DNA of 64,000 nucleotides, from NCBI GenBank assembly GCA_964487275.1, contig CAZAQE010000028.1, forward strand, positions 262 through 64,261, read 5' to 3'. The translations under genes and the position numbers were made by a program. Below, in pieces: positions 55,765 through 64,000 of this stretch (positions are counted from its first letter, which is position 1; each line of letters opens with the position of its first letter). The notes below the pieces were generated by a model. That model did not search any database, was not told the DNA's origin, and worked only from the letters and a program-made list of their open reading frames with translations. Origin of the DNA: an uncultured Nocardioides sp. Its GTDB lineage: Bacteria > Actinomycetota > Actinomycetes > Propionibacteriales > Nocardioidaceae.

Positions 55765-57000
55765 ATGAGCACCTCAGCCCTCCGCTCCGTCGCCGACCAC
55801 CAGCGCCACGTCGCCGAGCTGCTCGTCCGCCCGGGCGGCCCCGGCGGGTGGCCGACCGAGACGGTCCCCCTCGAGGACGCGCGCGGCCGGGTCCTCGCCG
55901 AGTCCCTGCGGGCGGCCGAGCCGCTGCCGGCCTTCGACAACTCCGGGATGGACGGGTACGCCGTCCGGGCGGCCGACGTCGAGGGCGCCTCGTCCGACGC
56001 GCCGGTCCGGCTCCCGGTGGCGGGCGACATCCCCGCCGGTGCGCCGGTGGGCGTGCTGGCTCCGGGCACGACGCTGCGGATCATGACCGGGGCCGCAGTG
56101 CCCCGGGGCGCGGACGCCGTCGTGGAGGTCGAGGTCACCGACGGCGGCACGGAGACCGTCACGATCAGCGAGGCACGCCAGGCGGGGAGCTTCGTGCGCC
56201 CGGCGGGCAGCGACGTCGCCGTGGGCGACGAGGTGCTCGCCGCCGGTGCCGTGCTGGGGGCTGCCCAGGTCGGCGTGCTGGCCGCTCTCGGCGTCCGCCA
56301 GGTCGTCGTACGACGCCGTCCGCGCGTGCTGGTGGTGTCGACCGGCTCGGAGCTGGCCGAGGAGCCGCTTCCCGGCTCGGGACAGATCCGCGACGCCAAC
56401 GGCGCCCTTCTCGCCGCCGCGGTCGAGGACGCCGGCGGGATCGCCGTGCGCAAGCTGTGGGTCGAGGACGACGTGCCCACCTTCCTCGCGCTGCTCGACG
56501 GCGAGCTCGCCTCCGGAGAGGTCGACCTGGTGCTCACGAGCGGCGGGGTGAGCGCCGGCGCCTACGAGGTGGTCAAGGACGGGCTCGGCCCGCGCGGGAT
56601 CGAGTTCGTGAAGGTCGCCATGCAGCCCGGGATGCCGCAGGGCTCCGGCCTGGTCGACGGTGTGCCGGTGGTGTGCCTCCCGGGCAACCCGGTGAGCGCC
56701 CTGACGTCGTACGAGGTCTTCGTGCGTCCGGCGCTGCGCGCCGCCTTCGGGCACCCGGTCCCCTACCGCGCGGTCGTGCGCGCACGACTCACCGAGCCGC
56801 TCACCCCGCTGGCCGCGAAGCGGCAGTGGCGCCGCGCCCGACTCGACCGCGCGGCGGGGACCGTCACCCCCTGGGGTCCGCCCGGCTCGGGCTTCCTCGG
56901 CTGGTTCGCGGGTGCGGACGCACTGATCGACCTGCCGCCGGGTACCGGCCCGCTGGCGCCGGGCGACACCGTCGAGGTGTGGGACTTGGCGCTCTCCTGA
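55765..57000 (+). CDS. moeA: molybdopterin molybdenumtransferase
   Basis: Trimmed to the ATG at 55765. Contains FDNSGMDGYAV, TGSEL, SGGVSAG and PGNPVSA. Confidence 0.9.
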   Translation: MSTSALRSVADHQRHVAELLVRPGGPGGWPTETVPLEDARGRVLAESLRAAEPLPAFDNSGMDGYAVRAADVEGASSDAPVRLPVAGDIPAGAPVGVLAPGTTLRIMTGAAVPRGADAVVEVEVTDGGTETVTISEARQAGSFVRPAGSDVAVGDEVLAAGAVLGAAQVGVLAALGVRQVVVRRRPRVLVVSTGSELAEEPLPGSGQIRDANGALLAAAVEDAGGIAVRKLWVEDDVPTFLALLDGELASGEVDLVLTSGGVSAGAYEVVKDGLGPRGIEFVKVAMQPGMPQGSGLVDGVPVVCLPGNPVSALTSYEVFVRPALRAAFGHPVPYRAVVRARLTEPLTPLAAKRQWRRARLDRAAGTVTPWGPPGSGFLGWFAGADALIDLPPGTGPLAPGDTVEVWDLALS

Positions 57001-57019
57001 GACCCGATAGGTTCGTGAC

Positions 57020-59004
57020 ATGGTCGGACGCATCCCCGTCATCGACGTGAAGCCGGTCCTGGTGACCGGACCGACCGAGGGAGCGCTCCCGGTGAAGGCC
57101 GCCGTCGGCGAGCCGTTCCCCGTGAGCGCCACCGTGTTCCGCGAGGGCCACGACCGGCTCGGTGCCGAGGTCGTCCTCGTGGGGCCGGACGGGAAGAGAC
57201 GTCCACCGGTACGGATGACGACGCGGCCGGCGGTCGACCGGCACAGCGTCGACCGCTACGAGGCGTGGGTGTCCGCCGACGCCGAGGGCGCGTGGTCGTT
57301 CGAGATCCACGCGTGGTCGAGCCCGCTCGGGACCTGGTTCCACGACGCCGGCATCAAGATCCGGGCCGGCGTGGACGTGGAGCTGATGTTCGCGGAGGGC
57401 AGGCTGCTCTTCGAGCGGGTCCTCAAGGGCAAGGGCCTGACCCGGACCGAGCGGGCCACGATCAAGGCGGCGGTCGCCGCGGCCGGTGACACGAAGCGTC
57501 CGGTCGAGGCACGCCTGGCCCAGATCGAGTCGGCCGAGGTGGTCACCGCCCTCGAGGCCCATCCGTTGCGCGACCTGCTGACCGTCGAAGGCCCCTTCCC
57601 CGTGTTCGTCGACCGTCCTCGCGCGCTCTTCGGCAGCTGGTACGAGTTCTTCCCCCGCTCCGAAGGCGGCTTCGCGGGCTCCACGAAGCGGCTGCCCGCG
57701 ATCGCGGCGATGGGCTTCGACGTGGTCTACCTGCCGCCGATCCACCCGATCGGCGAGGTCAACCGCAAGGGCCCGAACAACACCGTCGTCGCCGAGGGCG
57801 AACCGATCCCGGAGGACTGGGACGGCTCACCGTGGGCCATCGGCAGCCGGTACGGCGGCCACGACGCCATCCACCCCGATCTCGGCACGATCGAGGACTT
57901 CGACGCGTTCGTCGCCGAGGCCCGCGCGCTGGACCTCGAGGTCGCCCTCGACCTCGCGCTCCAGGCCGCGCCCGACCACCCCTGGGTCGCCGCGCACCCG
58001 GAGTGGTTCACGACCCGCGCCGACGGCACCATCGCCTACGCCGAGAACCCGCCGAAGAAGTACCAGGACATCTACCCCGTCAACTTCGACGCCCACCCCT
58101 ACGACCACCCCGACAGCCTCGCGACCGAGGTGCTGCGGGTCGTGCGGTACTGGATGGACCACGGCGTGCGGATCTTCCGCGTCGACAACCCCCACACCAA
58201 GCCGGTCTCGTTCTGGCAGTGGTTGCTCGCCGAGGTCCGGGGCACCGACCCCGACGTGCTCTTCCTCGCCGAGGCCTTCACCAAGCCGCCGATGATGCAG
58301 ACGCTCGGTGCGATCGGCTTCCACCAGTCCTACACCTACTTCACCTGGCGCACGGCGAAGGTCGACATCGAGGACTACCTGCTCGAGGTGTCGGGCGAGT
58401 CCGCGCACCGGGTGCGGCCGAACTTCTTCGTCAACACCCCCGACATCCTCCACGAGTTCCTCCAGTACGGCGGCCCGGCGGCCTTCAAGATCCGCGCTGC
58501 CCTCGCGGCCACCTCCTCCCCCACCTGGGGTGTCTACTCCGGCTACGAGCTCGGCGAGCACGTGGCGGTGCGGCCGGGCAGCGAGGAGTACCTCGACTCG
58601 GAGAAGTACCAGGTGCGTCGCCGCGACTGGGCCGCGGCGACGGAGCCCGGCACGGTCGGGGCCGACCTGACGTCGTACCTCTCCCGGCTGAACGCGATCC
58701 GCCGCGCCCACCCGGCGCTGCAGCTCCTGCGCAACCTCGCCGTCAACCCGACCGACTCCGACCAGGTCCTCAGCTTCTCCAAGGTCGCGGACCACGACCG
58801 GGTGATCGTGGTGATCAACCTCGACCCGCACCAGCCGCGCGAGACGATGGTCCACGTCGACCTCGCCGCGCTGGGGCTCGCGCCCGGGTCGTCCTACACG
58901 GTGCACGACGAGATCACCGGCGAGGAATGGACCTGGGGCGAGCACAACTACGTCCGGCTGGCGCCCGAGCAGCCGGCCCACATCCTGAGCGTGAAGGAGC
59001 ACCC

Positions 59005-59008
<4 letters not shown>
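57020..59008 (+). CDS. glgE: alpha-1,4-glucan:maltose-1-phosphate maltosyltransferase
   Basis: 662 aa. N-terminal [13 protein letters not shown]... is typical of GlgE, followed by a GH13_3 catalytic core ([10 protein letters not shown]). Confidence 0.93.
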
Positions 59009-60725
<1,717 letters not shown>

Positions 60726-60729
<4 letters not shown>

Positions 60730-62054
60730 CGGACCAGTTCCTCGCCCCCTTCATCGGCCGCAGCCGCTGGTTCGGCGGCAAGGGGCGCGACTTCACGGTC
60801 ACCGGCGAGGAGGTCGTCGGCACCATCGGCGATGCGCCGCCGGTCGAGGTGCGGCTCGTCGAGCTCACCTACGCCGACGGCGAGGTCGAGCTCTACCAGC
60901 TCCCGCTCTCCGTGTACGACGACCCGCAGGACCACCTCGAGCACGCCCTGGTCGGCGAGCGCGACGGCCGGTTCGCCTACGACGCGGTGCAGGACCGGAC
61001 GGCGATGGCGGCGTACCTGCGGGCCTTCGAGGACGGTCCGGGGGTGGCCGACGGACTCCGCTTCGTCCGGCTCGAAGGTCACGAGCTCGACCCGGCCGCG
61101 ACGCCGAGCCCGTTCGGCGGTGAGCAGTCGAACTCGACGGTCTTCTTCGGCGAGGACGCGGTCCTCAAGCTCTTCCGCAAGATCACCCCGGGCGAGAACC
61201 CCGACGTCACCACGCACCGGGCGCTCACCGAGGCCGGCTCGACGCATGTCGCGGCGCTCTACGGCTGGATCGAGCAGGGCGACCGGCAGCTGGGCATGCT
61301 GCAGCAGTTCCTGCGCACGGCGAGCGACGGCTGGGGCCAGGCGCTCGCCAGTGTCCGCGACCTCTTCGCGGAGGCGGACCTGCACGCCGAGGAGGTCGGC
61401 GGTGACTTCGCCGGCGAGGCGGCCCGGCTCGGGGAGGCGCTCGCCGAGGTGCACCACCAGCTCCGCGACGCGTTCCCCACATCGACCCTGTCCGCGTCCG
61501 TGCTGGCCGAGATGATGGCGCAACGGCTCGACGCCGCGATCGGGGTCGTCCCCCAGCTCGCCGACCACGCGGAGCGCGCCCGGGCGGTGTTCGCGGCCGT
61601 GGCCGGGCTCGGCGAGATCCCGGTGCAGCGCGTCCACGGCGACCTGCACCTCGGGCAGACGCTGCGCACCGTCGCGGGCTGGAAGTTCGTCGACTTCGAG
61701 GGCGAGCCGGCCAAGCCCCTGTCCGAGCGGCTGCTGCCCGACTCTCCCTGGCGCGACGTCGCCGGGATGACCCGCTCCTTCGACTACGCCCCACACGCCG
61801 TGGCGGCCTCGATGCCGGCCGAGGACGCCGACGTCGAGCACCAGCGCGCGGTCCGCGCCGACGAGTGGGCCCGGCGCAACCGGCGGGCGTTCCTGGCGTC
61901 GTACTGCGGGGAGGGCGGGCTGGGCCCAGCCGACCGCACGCTGCTGACCGCGTACGTCGTCGACAAGGCCGTCTACGAGTGCCTCTACGAGGCCCGGAAC
62001 CGGCCCAACTGGTTGTCGATCCCGCTGGAGGGCGTCGCCCGCCTCGTGGGCTGA
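60726..62054 (+). CDS. pep2: maltokinase
   Basis: GTG at 60726 overlaps the treS stop. Contains RWFGGKGR..., EQSNSTV and the kinase loop [12 protein letters not shown]...FVDFEGEP. Confidence 0.85.
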
Positions 62055-62111
62055 GCTGCGCAGCGACGACGGCCGCCCGGGATCCCCGGGCGGCCGTCGT
62101 GCGGGACGAGG

Positions 62112-62747
62112 TCAGCGGGTCGCGCCGACCATCCGGCGACGGGCGAGAACCGCACCTGCGACGGTGAGCAGGCCGCCTCCGGCGAGCAGCGGCGCGACGT
62201 CGACCTGCCGCTCCTCGGTGGTGGCCGCGGCGGCACCGGCGTCGATGCGGGTCGGGACCTCGATGTGGGCGGCATCCTTCACCTCGCCACCCGCCTTCGG
62301 CTGGTCCTTCGGCTGGTCCTTCGGCTGGTCCTTCGGCTGGTCCTTCGGCTGGTCCTTGGGCTCGTCCTCGGGCTCGTCACCCGGGACCTCCTCCGGCTCG
62401 TCGCCGGGGTTCGGGCCGTCCTTGTCACCGGGGATCTGCGGGTCGTCGTCGCCCGGGTTCGGGCCGTCCTTGTCACCGGGGACCTGCGGGTCGTCGTCGC
62501 CCGGGTTCGGGCCGTCCTTGTCACCCGGGATCTGCGGGCCGGGCTCGTCCTCGCCCTCGGGGTTGGTGATCTCGCCCGGCCCCTCGGGGCGCGGGTCGTC
62601 GTCGCCGGGCAGCACGATGACCGGACCGGGCGTCGGGTCGAAGCCGGGCGTCTCGGCCTGAGCAGCGCCGCTGCCGAGGGCGAGGGCGGCCGCGGCCAGC
62701 GGGGTGGCGACCAGCAGGCGGAGGGCGGTGCGGGTGGTGGCGTTCAT
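62112..62747 (-). CDS. secreted Asp/Pro-rich tandem-repeat protein with a C-terminal membrane anchor
   Basis: Trimmed to the ATG at 62747. Signal peptide MNATTRTALRLLVATPLAAAALALGSGAAQA. Repeats 3 x PGDKDGPNPGDDDPQ(I/V) and 5 x KDQP. C-terminal LLAGGGLLTVAGAVLARRR. Confidence 0.75.
   Translation of the reverse strand: MNATTRTALRLLVATPLAAAALALGSGAAQAETPGFDPTPGPVIVLPGDDDPRPEGPGEITNPEGEDEPGPQIPGDKDGPNPGDDDPQVPGDKDGPNPGDDDPQIPGDKDGPNPGDEPEEVPGDEPEDEPKDQPKDQPKDQPKDQPKDQPKAGGEVKDAAHIEVPTRIDAGAAAATTEERQVDVAPLLAGGGLLTVAGAVLARRRMVGATR
62295..62378. repeat. 12-nt tandem repeat CTTCGGCTGGTC x5 perfect plus 2 degenerate (codes KDQP repeats)
   Basis: Units begin at 62295, 62307, 62319, 62331 and 62343. 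Read directly from the sequence. Confidence 0.9.
62407..62540. repeat. 48-nt tandem repeat x about 3 (codes PGDKDGPNPGDDDPQx)
   Basis: GGGTTCGGGCCGTCCTTGTCACC recurs at 62407, 62455 and 62503. Confidence 0.85.
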
Positions 62748-62854
62748 CGGTACTCCCTGGGTTCGGTGGGCCGGGCGGCCCGTTCGCGTTCGTTGGGAGT
62801 AGGAGCGGTCCGCGGCAGGGACCTTGCAGATTTCTCCTGGCGCTTTTCTGCTCG

Positions 62855-62907
62855 GGTGGTCGAGGAGGTCGCGCAGCGCTCCCGGTGGTCGAGGAGGTCG
62901 CGCAGCG
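62855..62907. repeat. 24-nt direct repeat GGTGGTCGAGGAGGTCGCGCAGCG x2 (29-nt period) in a divergent intergenic region
   Basis: Copies at 62855..62878 and 62884..62907. Confidence 0.85.
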
Positions 62908-63151
62908 ACCGTCACGAGACCCCTGGCTCCGGTGCACCTGCCCGGGTGTCAGGTGGCCTGTGGTCGGGTCTTCAAGCGGCAGCGACGAGGGAGCTGGGGG
63001 GTGGCTGGGGTCGGTGGTCGGGTGCGGTCCGGCGCCCTCGTTGATCACTCGTGGCGCCAGTTGTTCTCCACACGCCGAAGTAGGGTTTCGTCAGTCCACA
63101 GGCGGGTTTCCGCCGCCTCGTTGTGTCGGACGCGGGTGGGAGAATCCAGTC

Positions 63152-64000
63152 ATGGATCTCGGGCACCAGCACTCACCGATCGGCCGGTACGACGGCCGGT
63201 CGGTGTCCGAGCTGCTCACCGAGATCAGCGCCGAGACGACCGGCCGCCAGGCCTCCCAGGTCCGCGAATGGGTCGCGATCGTCGCGTGGGCCGACCAGAA
63301 CGCCGTCACGGTCTCCGAGGGTGCGGCGACGCTGGTCGAAGGGGTGATCGACACCGGTGTCCCGATCGCCGGTCCCGGCGCACCCCTGGTGTCGGAGTTC
63401 AACCTGATGGAGCTCATCGCCGTCCTGCAGCGCTCCCCGGATGGTGGCCGTGCGTACGTCGGGCGGGTCGTCGAGTGCGCCTGGCGGCTCCCGCGGCTCT
63501 ACACCGCTGTCGTCGACGGCCGGGTCGCGCCATGGCGGGCCGAACGGATTGCGGACCTGACCAAGTCGCTGCCGGCGGAGGCGGCCGGGTTCGTGGACCG
63601 GCACCTCGCCGCCGCCGTCGGTGGCGTGGGTTGGGCGCAGCTCGAACGGCTCGTCACCGAGGCCATCGTCCGCTTCGACCCCGAACGCGCCGAGGCGGAG
63701 CGGCAGGAGGCCAACGAGCACCGGCACTTCGACATCCACCTCGACCAGGTCGACCAGCACGGCAACGTCCACGTCGACGCCTACCTCGACGCCGCAGACG
63801 GACACGGCCTCAACCTTGCGGTCTCCCGTGAGGCGCACCTGCTGGGCCAGCTCGGTGATGAGTCCAGCCTCGACGTCCGTCGCGCGACGGCCGCTGGTGC
63901 GATCGCGCGACGTGACCTCGCCCTCGACCTGCTGATCGCCGACGAGGACACCGGGGAGGTCATCGCCGAGTCACCCGGCAGGCGGGTCGAGCTCCACGTC
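63152..64000 (+). CDS. DUF222-domain protein (13E12-repeat/HNH-endonuclease family), 3'-truncated by the window edge
   Basis: Open frame from the ATG at 63152 to the window end. It is absent from the track because no stop is reached. Layout ...WRLPRLYTAVVDGRVAPWRAERIADLT...RFDPERAEAERQEANEHRHFDIHLD..G...VDAYLDAADG is typical of DUF222 N-domains. Confidence 0.7.
   Translation, partial: MDLGHQHSPIGRYDGRSVSELLTEISAETTGRQASQVREWVAIVAWADQNAVTVSEGAATLVEGVIDTGVPIAGPGAPLVSEFNLMELIAVLQRSPDGGRAYVGRVVECAWRLPRLYTAVVDGRVAPWRAERIADLTKSLPAEAAGFVDRHLAAAVGGVGWAQLERLVTEAIVRFDPERAEAERQEANEHRHFDIHLDQVDQHGNVHVDAYLDAADGHGLNLAVSREAHLLGQLGDESSLDVRRATAAGAIARRDLALDLLIADEDTGEVIAESPGRRVELHV

Noticed and set aside
62295-62540. 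Tandem repeats as a possible CRISPR array
   Set aside because: The units are contiguous with no spacers. They lie in frame within a coding sequence and translate to KDQP and PGDKDGPNPGDDDPQ peptide repeats.

Overview
High-G+C actinobacterial chromosome segment. Product calls rest on motif recognition in the supplied translations; no database search was possible. The backbone is ordinary and syntenic: leuS-degV-comEA-comEC-holA on the minus strand facing rpsT, plus phoD, phoX, chrA, furA-katG, tRNA-Ala, nadD-rsfS, proA, etfBA, an enoyl-CoA hydratase and the GlgE alpha-glucan cluster (glgX, glgP, glgE-treS-pep2).

Main discovery: a compact integrated element of about 13.7 kb (8707..22388) splits comEC in frame. 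An 8-bp core, TGGGTCAG, is present at both junctions in the same codon phase. Joining the flanks restores ...FRTTGLTH|LTAVSGTNL..., an intact ComEC of about 780 aa. The element starts with a large serine recombinase. It carries five excisionase-type HTH proteins, several Cys-rich mini-ORFs, a P27-type small terminase and a 936-aa tape-measure protein. I can recognise no large terminase, portal, capsid, tail tube or lysis genes. That makes it look like a satellite or mini-prophage, possibly acting as a reversible switch on comEC.

The element's accessory region holds a four-gene cassette (HigB/Gp49-like, XRE, two unknowns) that is a candidate toxin-antitoxin or defence module.

Second locus of interest, at the left edge (64..2418): a four-gene translationally coupled cassette. 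It encodes two small helper-like proteins, a protein with a WXG/LXG-like N-terminus and a glycine-zipper C-terminus, and a polytopic membrane protein. This resembles a T7SS-type membrane toxin with its immunity gene.

Many long ORFs in the six-frame track are antisense or read-through artefacts of the high G+C content and were trimmed or rejected.
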